Origin: the human T2T-CHM13v2.0 reference genome, Homo sapiens
NCBI RefSeq assembly: GCF_009914755.1
Contig: NC_060925.1
Length of the DNA: 64,000 bases
Strand: one strand, 5' to 3'
A program made the translations under genes and the position numbers. Positions within the stretch are counted from its first letter, which is position 1; each line of letters starts with the position of its first letter. The notes below the pieces were generated by a model. The model was not told the origin of the DNA. It was given only the letters and a program-made list of their open reading frames with translations, and ran no database searches. Below are positions 14,566-27,311 of this stretch, in pieces.

Positions 14566-14589
14566 TCAGACCAACACGCAGCACAGCCA
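14566..14589 (-). CDS. CAPN8: CAPN8 exon 21 coding part: WLCCVLV-stop
   Basis: ttgcag|TGGCTGTGCTGCGTGTTGGTCTGA. Confidence 0.94.
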   Translation of the reverse strand, partial: WLCCVLV

Positions 14590-14828
14590 CTGCAAAGGAA
14601 AGGGACAAGATTGAGTCTTGGCTTCTCAGGGGCTGGTGTGCTTTCACCATTGATGCTCTCCTGCCTCACATGGGTGCGATCTTTTTATCTCCATTCTCCA
14701 GTAAGTGCCTTGCTCAAACATGGGAAGCAAGGAAGGCTTTCACTATATCACTAACTCCTGAACCAGGGTACTACAGAAATGTGACTCAGAAAAAGCTCTA
14801 GACCCAAAGGGAGCTCCAAAAATAGGTA

Positions 14829-15060
14829 TGTGCATGTATATTCATACACACACACACACATACATATATACACAATAGTGTATACTATTATATACACACA
14901 TATATATACACTATATATGTGTGTGTATATATATATCCCTATAGATTCCTATATATGTGTACATATCTTTTCCTATATATGTATTTGTTTCTATATGTGT
15001 ATATATATATATTCCTATATGTGCATATTTGTGTGTGTATATATGTATATTTTATGCACC
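14829..15060. repeat. (TA)n/(CA)n low-complexity tract in intron 20
   Basis: tatatacaca/tatatgtg runs. Confidence 0.85.
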
Positions 15061-15837
15061 CACACAACCACACTCCATTTTAGGTTCCACACTATTGTCC
15101 AGGTATCTGTGGGAATCCACAGGTCTATTTCTAGGAAGGCCTTTCCTGGGCTACAGGAAAGAGGTCAATAGCATTCCCACTTTAGAGAAGAAAAGAAAGT
15201 GGGTAAGCACAGACAATGGGGCACAGCCAGTAATAACCTGGCCCTCTAGTTCCACCGCCTCAGAATCAAGTCAAAGGCCAATGCCTCCCCCTGCCTGGAC
15301 CCTTGGAGACATCTCCACACTTCCTGCTGTCCCCTCTGGCCAGTAAAGGCCTCTGTCGTACAGGGGTGCAGTGTCCACGGGGGAAGTACTCTGATTTTTT
15401 CTGCAAAAACATTATGTGACTTGTACACAGTAAAAACACTTGTTCATTTTGCATCTTCATTCTACCCACTGCAATTTCATTTTTGTTTCCTACATCCTTC
15501 CATAGGTCCATATAAGACAGCTGGTCCTAGAAGCCAGACACTTTATATTGTGCCCACTACCCACAACTCCATCCAAATTAACAAGGGCTTGCATCTCCGA
15601 AATTATCTGAAATGTAGCTGTAGCTTTATCTTTACGATCATAATAATAATAAACAAAAATGTTTGGAAAACTGTATAACAGTTGCCTTCCTCCCTGCTGG
15701 GTGCCTGCCACAGAACATGCATGGTATTCACATGGAACTAAGACAGCCAACAGGAATAAGCATCACTTGGCAGCTACATGGTCCAAGAATTTCAGAGTAC
15801 CATCAGCCAGCAATTCATCAAACCTCAGGACATTCAC

Positions 15838-15896
15838 CTCGGCCAGAGAGAGCTGAACCATGCCATCCTTGTCTTCGTCCAGAAGGCTGAATAGTT
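15838..15896 (-). CDS. CAPN8: CAPN8 exon 20: LFSLLDEDKDGMVQLSLAE
   Basis: ttttag|AACTAT...CCGAG|gtgaat, 59 nt. Confidence 0.95.
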
Positions 15897-16796
15897 CTAA
15901 AACACCAGAGAAGGAAATGAAATTAGATAAGGCTGTTCCTGGACTTTGGAACAATCAGAGAGCTGCCTCTGTCTACCCCATCCCCACCTGCGGAACTCTC
16001 CTTTCCCCTACCACCCCCTCCCCTCCAGCCCCCACCTAGGCCCAGGGGCCTCAAAAAGCTAGATCCAGGGCACACAATGAGCTTTTGGGGGATCAGATGC
16101 CCCCCTGCCGAAACAGACAAACCCCGTTGCCAGCAGAGATGGTCCCTTTGGTATCTCCATCCTCAGAAGCTTTATATCAGAAACGTGCAATTACTTTATC
16201 AAGGTCAAACAGATTGTGGTTGTCTTGCTTGTGGGTAATCCAGTCCCTTAGCTTTGTCTCTGGCTAACTGACCTTGACCCACTAGAACGTAACACCTACC
16301 AAACCTCAGTGGAAGGAAAAATCCCTTCCTAATAAGATATCTAATCTCAAGGCCCAAGATGGCAGAAAAACGCCTATTGCCTTCAGAGGGCACCCCCCAT
16401 CCCTTCATTGGAAGGTGGCACATGTTCTCAATATGATCCCTATTGAAAAACAAATATAAATAGACACTAAACACCATCTAAGAACAGTTACTGTGACTCA
16501 TTCATCTTGGCCTAGTGACTGCACACTGTAGATGCGCAATAGTCTGGATGGCAGCTTTGTTAAGTCTCCAAAAAAGGCATCCTCCGTCCTGGATCTGGCC
16601 AGCCTGGACTTCCTCAGCCCCTTCAGGTCCAGCTGCCCCTCGCCCCCAAGGTGCCAGCATTCCAGAAGCCCTGTCTATCATTTTCTGGGTCCCTGGCCTC
16701 CTAAAGGCAATGTCTGGTTCTGCCCCTTGGCCCTGCCCCTGCCCCACCTTGCACCTTGGGATTAATAGGATGGGGCTGGAGGACAGAGTGACTCAC

Positions 16797-16913
16797 TGAA
16801 GAGGGTCTCCAGGCGGATCATACAAGCCACGAAGCTGTCAAAGTTGATGCCAAGCTTGCTGCACGCATACCGCAGGGCAATGGTCTGCTGCACCTGGCTG
16901 TTGAGGGTGAAAC
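16797..16913 (-). CDS. CAPN8: CAPN8 exon 19: FTLNSQVQQTIALRYACSKLGINFDSFVACMIRLETLF
   Basis: cctcag|GTTTCA...CTTCA|gtgagt, 117 nt. Confidence 0.95.
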
Positions 16914-17501
16914 CTGAGGGCAGAGGGAGCCTGGGTCACAGGTAGAGTGGAGGACTCAGCACTGTCTCCCATAAACACTCAAGGAGCTGACATCCCAGGG
17001 GCCCCTCTGTGGTTCTGTATCAATCTGCAAACCAGGCCTGACTCTGCCTTCTCCAGGGGATCCCAGAAGGTGTCCTGCCATCCATCCCTCTCCTTGTAGC
17101 TACTCCTCACCAAGATCAGCCTAATTCCAGGTCCAGCGCTAGTACCAGCACCAACTCAGCCATGGGTCACATCAGCAAGCAAAAGCAGAGAAGGTGAGGG
17201 GGCTGCCTGTCTGGCCAGTTCCTGTCTGTCTCCTTCATAGCCCCTTCCTCTGTAATTGCTGTCACCTTCCCAGTAACAGGCAGAGATCTTGGAAAAATTC
17301 TAAAATATTATGCTATATGGAATCGAGCAATATTCTCCCCTTCCTGGACAGGGAAGGTACTCAACAAAGCTCTGTTGTTGCCTTGATATCCCATATAAGA
17401 AAGCTACAAATGATGATCATTAGCAATCATCATCATGAGAATAAATATTTACAATGTGCACACCTGGATCCCAAGACCCTGTCTACAGGATGTGTCCTCA
17501 C

Positions 17502-17580
17502 CTGCCTTCCTGAGGGCTGTCCTCATCTCGTGGGCATCGATGGTGCCCGAGTGGTTATAATCAGTTTCCCAATAGATCTC
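17502..17580 (-). CDS. CAPN8: CAPN8 exon 18 (EF3): EIYWETDYNHSGTIDAHEMRTALRKA
   Basis: ctttag|GAGATC...GGCAG|gtgagg, 79 nt. Confidence 0.95.
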
Positions 17581-17960
17581 CTAAAGCAGGAAAGAAATCC
17601 CAAGTAGAAAACAACCATTCACGGCCCCTGCCAGAACCATCTCCCTCCACCACACTGCTTTCTCAAAAGGCCAGGGACACTTTCAAAAGGAGACCCTATT
17701 GACTCCTCCCAAGAAGGTTTCAGAGCAAGCATAAGAGCTTGGCCAGTGCTGGCCCCTTTGCTGTCTGAACAGCAGGGCTTTCAGGGCAGTGGTTGGCATG
17801 AGAGTCTCTCATTGCCTTCTTGTTCCTTCATGACCAATGTGCCCAGGACTCAATAGTTTTGACCATGATTAAGGATGTGGTCAGAATACAATGGACCAGG
17901 AATGAGTGTAAGGGAGGATTAGAACAGAGGAGAGGATGCCCAGAAGGAAAAGAGAGTTAC

Positions 17961-18029
17961 CAGATACTTCTGAATCTTCAGCCAGAGCGTCTTGAATTCC
18001 ACCGCCCCCAAAGTGCCCATTCCATTGCT
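17961..18029 (-). CDS. CAPN8: CAPN8 exon 17 (EF2): SNGMGTLGAVEFKTLWLKIQKYL
   Basis: gcctag|AGCAAT...ATCTG|gtaact, 69 nt. Confidence 0.95.
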
Positions 18030-18551
18030 CTAGGCACATTAAAGACCAACATGATTGAGTCCAAATTCTACATGCCTTACAGATTTCTTTCTCTTGTGAG
18101 CTTGCATGAGTGCCTTAAGGCCTTAGTGAACCTTCCATGTCTGTGGCAAGCAGAGCAGTGGGGGTGACGGTGTGTAACAGGTTCAAATAAAGATTAAAAA
18201 GTCAAACGTGCACCAAGGCTCTCCTCTGAGGCCAGGCACAGAGCTAGGAACAAAGGGCAAGTCATGAGCTGGCCAATCTGCAATATCGTGAATACCCTAA
18301 TCATCCTGGTTTATTTACAGGGTGGAGCTGTATGATCTGTAAATTCGCTTCTACATTTACATTTCTGTGATTGATCATTCAGCTAATTAGAGTTTGTTGG
18401 AATGTCAAAATGTTATGGGAAAAGACATCAGGAGCCAGGAACCATGGGACTGGGAGTCTAAGCCACAGAATCTGCTCATAGGCCACTATACAACCAAACA
18501 GGAGGATATTATGAGGGATTTTCTGTGTCCAACTTACATTCACTCCACAAC

Positions 18552-18830
18552 TTTTTTTTTTTTTTTTTTTTTTGAGACGGAGTCTCTCTGTCGCCCAGGC
18601 TGGAGTACAGTGGTGTGATCTCAGCTCACTACAACCACTGCCTCCAGGGTTCAAGCAATTCTCCATGTCAGTCTCCCAAGTAGCAGGGATTACAGGCACC
18701 CGCCACCATACTCCACTAATTTTTTTTTTTTTTTTTTTTTTTTAGTAGAGATGGTTTCACCATGTTGGCCAGTCTGGTCTTGAACTCCTGACCTCAAATG
18801 ATCTGCCTGCCTCAGCCTCCCAAAGTGCCA
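18552..18830 (-). mobile_element. Alu with expanded central A-linker
   Basis: Reverse Alu; long T run at 18720-18743. Confidence 0.92.
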
Positions 18831-18994
18831 CGACTATTTTTTTTTAACGCTGTGCTAGTCAATAGGGATTTAGTTTTGAATGCACTTATGCTCCTAAAGT
18901 TAAGTTTTTTAGAGACTCTACAATTTTCTCACCAGTCACAACTAATCAATAAACAGTGCGTATGTTACAGCACCAATGTTAAAATTTTGAAACA

Positions 18995-19135
18995 GCCCCA
19001 GCTACTCAGGAGGCTGAGGCAGGGGGATTGCTTGAGCCCAGGAGTTTGAGGCTGCAGTGAGCTCAGATTATGCCTGTGAATAGCCACTGCACTCCAGCCT
19101 GGGCAACATAATAAGACCCCATCTCTGAATAAATA
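18995..19135 (+). mobile_element. Alu monomer fragment
   Basis: cccagctactcaggaggctgagg...cctgggcaacata. Confidence 0.85.
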
Positions 19136-19598
19136 ATTAGAATTCTAAAACAGACTATCACTTTAATTAGCCAAACAAAAAGTCCTGTAAGCCTCATACT
19201 TTAAGAAAGTCTGTGTTCTTGGATCTATAATCCGCACTGAGTGTTGAATGCATCATAGCCTTCAAATCCTTACTAATAATTCAACCAACACATCTCAGAA
19301 CAGTAGTATGCAAAGGAAGCTAACACTCGGGGCTAGGTACTCTACATACTTGTATCTCATTTCATCCTAACAATAGCCACACAAGCTAGACATAATTATC
19401 CCATTTTCCAGGAGAAACTGAAGTTCAGAGCATTTAGTAACTTCCTCAAATTTATACACCTCAATAAGTGGTAGAGCCAGAATTTGGACCCCTGTCTGTT
19501 TCAAAACCTTTGTCCCAGAACACCAGTGGTCTTCAATTCCAGATAAAATTGCTTGCAGAGACCACACCTATGGAATCAGGATCTCCAGGAATCAGGGG

Positions 19599-19921
19599 TT
19601 TTTGTTTGTTTTGTGGTTGTTGTTGTTGTTGTTGTTGTTGTTTGAGACAGAGTCTCACTCTCTCACCCAGGCTGGAGTGTAGCAGTGTGATCTTCACTCA
19701 CCGCAACCTCTATCTCCCAGGCTCAAGCGATTCTCGTGCTTCAGCCTCCCCAGTAGCTGGGATTACAGACATGTGCCATCACGCCTGGCTAATTTTTGTA
19801 TTTTTAGTAGAGACAGGATTTCACTGTGTTCCAGACTGGTCTCGAACTCCTGGCCTTAAGTGATCTGCCCACCAGTGCCACCCAAAGTGCTGGGATGACA
19901 GGCATCAGCCCCTGCGCCCCG
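19599..19921 (-). mobile_element. Alu with (TTG)n tail
   Basis: Reverse Alu consensus. Confidence 0.92.
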
Positions 19922-20009
19922 TCAATTTTTAAAATTTTTTTTCTAGCACTTTGTAGGACATGTGAAAGACTGTATTTTTAAACTGTATTTTTAACACCCC
20001 ATGGGTGAT

Positions 20010-20350
20010 AAAGTACTGATACATGCTATAGTAATTGAAACATCATGTTCAGTAAAAAAAGTCAATTACAAAGGACCACATATTGTATAATTTCATTATA
20101 TGAAATGTCCACAATAGACAAATTTGTAGAGACAGAAAGTAAATTAGTGGTTGCCTAGGGATGGTCGTGGAGGTTGGGGGAAATGGAGAGCGACTGGTAA
20201 TAGGAGTACAGGGTTTCTTTTTAGGGTGATGACAATGTTCTAAATTATGTGATGATGGTTGCTTAACTCTGAATACACAAAAGCCATTGCCTGATATACT
20301 TTAAATGAGTACGCTGTATGGTGTGTAAATGATATCTCAATAGAGTTGTT
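20010..20350 (+). mobile_element. Old L1M (L1MB/ME-like) 3' end fragment
   Basis: aaggaccacatattgtat...gacagaaagt..attagtggttgcctaggg...gggtttcttttt.gggtgatg. Confidence 0.7.
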
Positions 20351-21120
20351 ATTTTTTTAAGGATTCCATGGGTATTTCTGCTGATTCAGAACCACTGCCC
20401 CACACTACCTAAACTGTGGAACAGAAACTCCTGAAGAGTGGCAGAGAGTCACACTCCTCTTTGAACCGTGAGAGACACAAATACCATTGGGAATAAAGAG
20501 TGGGTAGATTACAAGGCAACTCTCAAATCTAAACTGAAGTCAACAGATGGGGTTTGATGAGAATGATTCAGAAACCAGGGAACTATTTGCAGTAAAGTGA
20601 ATCAATACTTAACAGTTCCTTGCAGTCCACAAATTAAATTGTCAAGCATGGAGAAAAGACACGAGGGCTAAAGAGCCCCAGCCTCATGCAGGGAGTGGCC
20701 GACTGAAGCTCAGAGGCCAAAAGATAGCACCAGCCCTCCATGGTGGATCAGCCATGCAGAGGTGGGCACACATGCTCTGTCATCCAGGACCACTCTGCAT
20801 GACAACCATGCAAAGGAAAATCCTTCCTCCCGTCCCGCAGTTAATGAAAGAACCCACAGTAAAGATCATCATGGATGAACAGACAGAGCTCATCATGGAT
20901 GAGGCCCCAAGGAACTGAGAAAAACCCTCCAAGGCTCCAATTTTTAAAGAAATCACCTTCACCATCAGCACTGTGATAAATGGCAACCTGGACCCACTGT
21001 GGGCAAAGCTCTAAGGAAGTGATGTTACACCACTCACCCTCTGTGCCTTCACACCTAGAAGGTTCCTTCCACCTAGAATGCCCTGACCTTCTCCATTCCT
21101 CCCAAAAACTACTGCCCATT

Positions 21121-21482
21121 TGCTATAGACTGAGTGTTTTTGTCCTCCAAAATTTGTATGCTGAAACCCAATCCTCATGTGAGGATATTAGGAGATGGGC
21201 CTTTGGGAGGTAATTAGGTCATGAGGGTGGAACCCTCAGAAATGAAATTAGTGCCCTTATAAAAGGAACCCCAGGAAACTCCCTCACCCCATCTACCATG
21301 TGAAGTTATAGCAAGAAGATGCCATCTATGAACTAGGAAACTGGCCCTTATCCACCACAAAATCTACCAGCACCTTGATCTTGGCCTTCTCAGCCTCCAG
21401 AAGAGTAAGAAATAAATTTCTGTTGTTTATAAGCCACCCAGTTTATGGTCTCCTGTTACAGCAGCCAGAACAGCCTAACACA
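21121..21482 (+). mobile_element. MLT1A-like MaLR LTR
   Basis: tgctatagactgagtg...cagcctccagaa...aataaatttctgttgtttataagccaccc. Confidence 0.8.
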
Positions 21483-22029
21483 CCATACTTCAATATCAAG
21501 TGAGGGTTAAACTAGATCAGGGAGAACAAATAGATTTTATCTTGTGTGATAACTCTAAACTATCAGTAGTAGCTGTCCACAAGCCATGTTAAGATTCTGA
21601 AGCAAAGATCAGATAGTGATGGGGAGAGCTTGGGAAGCAGGGAACGGTAGAGGGTGGGGGTGGGGACGGGTAGAATTGAAGGGGAGGAGGAAGATGAAGA
21701 GATGAACAGAGTGTGGAGGGAGCAGGTGCGCAAATGCCCCATGCTTGCTACCTCCAGATTACATGATTTTAAATAAGTCACCTAAACACTGCACACCTCG
21801 GTTTCTTCACCTGTGAAACGGAGATAATCTCAAGCTTTCTGAGACACATCCATGATATGATACATTTTCCTTTGAGGCTTCAAGTACAATCCTTGACATA
21901 TGCTCCATGCCTGCTCTCTCCCCTTCTCATTTTTTACCCGTCCCTTCCTTCTAACTGGAAAAGGTGGAGGAGTCTTTAAAAACCGGACGAAAGTAAAAAA
22001 AAAAAAATAATGCAACATTTAAAGGATAC

Positions 22030-22094
22030 ATCCAACAGACTGATCATTTCCCTGCAAGTGTTGATGTTGAATCCATCGAATTTTATGTCTGTTC
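22030..22094 (-). CDS. CAPN8: CAPN8 exon 16: TDIKFDGFNINTCREMISLLD
   Basis: ctttag|GAACAG...TGGAT|gtatccttt (U12-type donor), 65 nt. Confidence 0.95.
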
Positions 22095-23671
22095 CTAAAG
22101 ATTTAAATAGAAAAGGGGAGTGGGAATCAGATCATTTGAAGGTGAGGGAAAGAACCTCCACGGTAGAAGACCTCCAAAGATACCATCCAAGGGTGTGGAA
22201 CCGAACTTGGTCTCTGCCAAAAGGGGAGAGCATCATGGCAGGCTTGTGGGCAGATACGCCTGAGCCTCCTGGTGCCGTGGGAGATAGAACAGACAAGCAC
22301 CAGCATCCAAGTACAGCATCTGAACCTTGGCTTGGCTCCCCACAAGCCACAGACTTCAGCAAATTAATATCTTTGAGCTTTAATTTCCTCCTCCATCAAA
22401 TGGGAATAATCATGATAGTAACAATGACCATACTTGCCCCAAAGACTGGCTGGGTATTAACTGAGATAATGAAAGTGAAGTTTTAGCCCAGGCTTGATAT
22501 ATGATAAGTTCTTAATAAAACAGCTAACTTTATATGGCTAGGTATTGTTATAAGCACTGCACATCTACTCTTCAAAATCACTCCGTGTGGTAGATGCTAT
22601 CATTATACCCACTTTATAGATCAGGAATCTGAGTCCCAGAGAGGTTATATGATTTGCTCAAGGTCACAACCAGTAGGGGGCAAAGCTAGGAGTTAAATGC
22701 AGGCCAGCCAGCTCCACAGCCTGAGCTTGTAATCACAACACACAGCCACTCAATGACAGCAGCTATCCTTCCTTACTAAATTGCAGGCATGTCACTGGAG
22801 CTCCATCCCTGGCCTCCACCCTCACCTTCCATATACCTGGGAGCCAAGACAGGTGCCAAAGACCCTGCAACCCCTTCTCTTTCTCTCCACTCTTCAACAA
22901 CTGCAGGAGCAAGAGTGGTGTGGAGAGGAGACGGGCCTGTGCTCCGAGCCCTGGGGATCCATCTGCTCAGCCCTGGGTTCGTCCCTGGGAAGGGTATGAC
23001 TTGGCTCCTGGGCCAAGCCCCTGCTTCCTGCATTCTCAAGCCCTGTCCTGCTGCAGTGAGTGAATGAGAGCCCATCACTCACTGGAAGACTTAACCTGGC
23101 CCATCCCTGGACCCGGAAAGAAACCAGCTCCCTGTGTCCTCCTGTGGGCTGGGGCTCAGAGGGGAGATGCAAATCTTTCCTCCTGACAGCTCTGAGGCTT
23201 GCAAAAATCTGAAGATGGGGAACTGAGGACAGTCTAGGAGAGTCAGAATCATCCCTTCCTTCCTCCTTCCCTCAAGATGAGCTACAGAACTAGATCTTTC
23301 ATCTGCAGAGGTTTCCACAGTATCCAAGTTATTAATTTTGTGAAAAAAATTCACTTAAGTCAATCCCAGCCCAGCTCTTTTTCTCCTGGGACTCAGCCTG
23401 CAATTTCACTTGACACTATGGAGCTTTGTTCCTTCAGGTGCTGGCTGCTTGCCAGCACCAGCCCCGCCTTCACCTCCACCCTCGCCTCCCCGTCTTCTGC
23501 CTCTCCTTCTTCCCCTCTTGTCTTGCTGGACTGAATCAGGGCTCCTGGGGTCAGACACCAATGCCCTTTCTCCCACCTGTGGTGCTGCCAGCCCAATGCC
23601 TGCCTACCCATCCCTCACCCTGCCCCAGCATCTCCTACGGACTTTCTGAAAGACCCCAAGAAGGAACTTAC

Positions 23672-23729
23672 TCTTGGAAAACGCCTCATTCAAAAGTATC
23701 TTGAGTGCATTGGCAGTAATCTCAGAATC
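23672..23729 (-). CDS. CAPN8: CAPN8 exon 15: DSEITANALKILLNEAFSK
   Basis: ttctag|GATTCT...CAAGA|gtaagt, 58 nt. Confidence 0.94.
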
Positions 23730-23849
23730 CTAGAAAGAGGAACCCAAATGCAAATCATGTCAGGCCCTGACAAGTTGTTTCAAGACAGTAAATTAATGCA
23801 GTGCTTCCTCACAGTCAGACACCAGGCCCACTGGCCCTGTGAGGTTTAT

Positions 23850-24152
<303 letters not shown>

Positions 24153-24947
24153 GGCCCTGTGATTTTAAAAGCAGGTGGCATCTTTAAAAACTCAAATTAT
24201 CCTCTTCTTTTGGGGATCCCAGCAGCCTGGCCAGAGGTGTGTTAGTGCCATGAGTGTGGTACACACCGTGGCAGAAGGCTGCCATGCCAGGGTCCTGCTG
24301 CCTTTCACAGGGCTCGCTTGAACAGGGATAAAGTAACAGGAACAGCAGTGATAGGATTGAACCAGATGTGCCAGAGCCAGTGTGGAAGATCCTTAAATCC
24401 TCAGCACAATTCCACAGCCATTTTCAAGTTAAGGAAGTCGTGATTTTGTAAACTGCTGAACACTGTATACATGCAACATCATTTGTCATTTTCATGTGAC
24501 GTAATTGCTTGTGGTTTGTAGCTACCAAGAGGCAGAGCTAGACTTGGAAACCTAAGGTTGGTTCACCCCAAAGTGCCGGCTTTCCCCACCACACCTACAG
24601 GAGTTGGTATTTCACATAGGAGCCCATCTCAAACTGGGGGCAGAGATTGAGAGAATAGCATATTCTGTGTGCATCTGGGATAAACACTGAGCCAGAGGGA
24701 AGAGTCATCCCTTAACTCTCAGATGGAGAGCAGATCTCAGGCAGGATGACCAAGGAAATGCAGAGAAGGCGTGCTGGGCTGATGTCTGGGTCCCAGTCTC
24801 AACTCAGCCCCTTATTCATCATGTGACTTTAGCCGAGTCACTTTCCATCTTCCCATCCTCCGCTAGCCAGGCCCTGGCAATTCTACTGGAAATGAGAGAG
24901 GCAAGAGCTGCACAAAGCAGTGTCTCCTCTGAGGACAACTGGCCTCA

Positions 24948-25307
<360 letters not shown>

Positions 25308-26543
25308 TTAAAAAGCCTCTGGGGCTAGAAGACTACCCCCATTAGCCTGCCAGGAAAGAAATGGGATGTCAAGAGTCTACATTTGGACCTTGACCCCGTC
25401 GTTCATGAGGCCTTGTACCCTCAGCCAGCTCCTTAACCTCTCTGTGCAGGCCACTTTACAAGCCGAGCAAGGAGAGTGACCAATACTGCCCCATGCAGCC
25501 AGAGAGAAAGGTAAGATAAAGTGCATGAAGAACTATGCAAATATGAGCTTTTCCTTTCATCATTCTTGGTGTTCTTAATAAAATATGGCCCTTGGCAGCT
25601 AAGGAAACAGGTTTTGTTAGCAAAAATACTGGCCTGTAAATCCATCTAAAACATAAATTGGCTCATCTTTGCAAGGGTTTTATTCAATGGCTATGCAAAG
25701 GAACTGTTCCCAGGTTTTATTTCCTGCGAGGGATTCTGATATCTTTTCTTCTATTTTATCCTTAAGTCTAGAAAGTCACCCTGAGTTTCCCGGGGTGGTG
25801 GGGGGAGACCATTGTTTTTTCCTCTTCCGGGCCCTTTTCACACACTTTATTATCCTCCAAAGAGTAACACATTCGCTGTATTTATGGGGCCGGTTTTGAC
25901 ATTTCAAGTCCTGGTTATGCTTTGACTTGTGGCCCCCACCGGGCTGCTACCAAAGTGAACGGAAGCCAGGGCAGGGGAGAAGGATCAGGGGTCGCTTCTT
26001 TCTCTGCTCCAAGTGCCCAAGTTGCATTCATGTCGGGCAAAGCTTGGATTCCTCAGGCTGCTGGTCTCCCAGAGGGCGGGCAGGGCTGCAGGACGGTGAC
26101 AGGGAACAGGGCTAGTCCTGCACACTAATCCCAAGCCAGGTTAGCTGAGCTGCCTTCCACTGCGGCTGGGCAATCCTCACTCTGAAGGATATCTATTTGG
26201 AGAGGTTTTGCCGTCCCAGCTTTTTATTCAGAGACCCCAATCTGACAGGGCCAATCTGCAAACAGAAAGGCTTTTGGCAGGACCTGGAGATCTGGCTTTT
26301 CTATTTTCTCAAGAGTCAGTCAACGCAGCAAGATAAGTAGCCTCAGGACCAATTCCCAAGCGATGAAGGAAAGGTACTCAATCTTAAGACAGGATGGTGA
26401 TGGGCACAGAAGCTGGGGGCCCCTGAGACCTGAGTCTCACCCTTTTTATGCCTAGAGACCTCAGGGAGTAAAGAATGAAGTGATCTGAGCATTCCTGAAT
26501 ATTCTCCTGCCCACCTGGGAAGCCATGTTCGCCCTCCACTCAC

Positions 26544-26612
26544 CTTCCCTGCCAACTTCTCAAACAGCCTCCTGAACTGGTCATCTTCCTGATCCACCTC
26601 ACTGGGATGTGG
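26544..26612 (-). CDS. CAPN8: CAPN8 exon 14: PHPSEVDQEDDQFRRLFEKLAGK
   Basis: ttttag|CCACAT...GGAAG|gtgagt, 69 nt. Confidence 0.94.
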
Positions 26613-27049
26613 CTAAAAAGAAGGACATTTGCAAAGTTAAAATGGGAATCGTCAAGGAGAATGAAAGACGAAGATTTAAAATTCATTCCTTCATCCATTA
26701 GTATCTATGATGCACCTACTATGTGCCAGGCTTTGGGCTAAGTGGGGGCACATGGTGGCAAACCAAGAGACAGCAAAGGTCCTGGCCCCAGGGAGCTTAC
26801 AGTCCAGCAGGGATGAGCAGAGAGGCAGCGCTGGGGCCTAGCAGTTTTCTCTCTAAGTGATTTGGGGAAGTGAGCCCCACCAACCCTGAATTTCTGATTA
26901 CAACCTGAACAACTTTCAGAAAATGACACTGACACCAGAAAATCTTGGTGTGAATCTGTGGACTCCTAAGGGAATCACTGATAATTTTCCAGGGAGTCTG
27001 AACTCCAGAAATTGCGTGAAAACATGGGGTCATATCTAAATGCATTTTT

Positions 27050-27311
27050 GGCTGGGTGCAGTGGCTCACGCCTGAAATCCTAATACTCTGGGAGGCTGAG
27101 GCGGGCAGGTCACGTAAGCCCAGGAGTTCGATAGTAGCCTGGGCAACACAGTGAAACCCCATTTCTACAAAAAATACAAAAATTAGCTGGGTGTAGTGGT
27201 GCACGCCTGTAGTCCCATCTACTTCAGAGGCTGAGGCCACAGTGAGCCAAGACTGTGCCACTGTATTCCAGCCTGGGTGATAAAGCGAGACCTTATATCA
27301 GAAAAAAAAAA
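27050..27311 (+). mobile_element. Alu with internal right-arm deletion
   Basis: Alu consensus, shortened right arm. Confidence 0.9.

Larger units (their letters stand above)
18030..22029 (-). other. CAPN8: U12-type (minor spliceosome) GT-AG intron 16
   Basis: Donor GTATCCTTT at 22021-22029; branch site TCTTTAAT at 18038-18045 just before cctag; no polypyrimidine tract. Confidence 0.88.
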
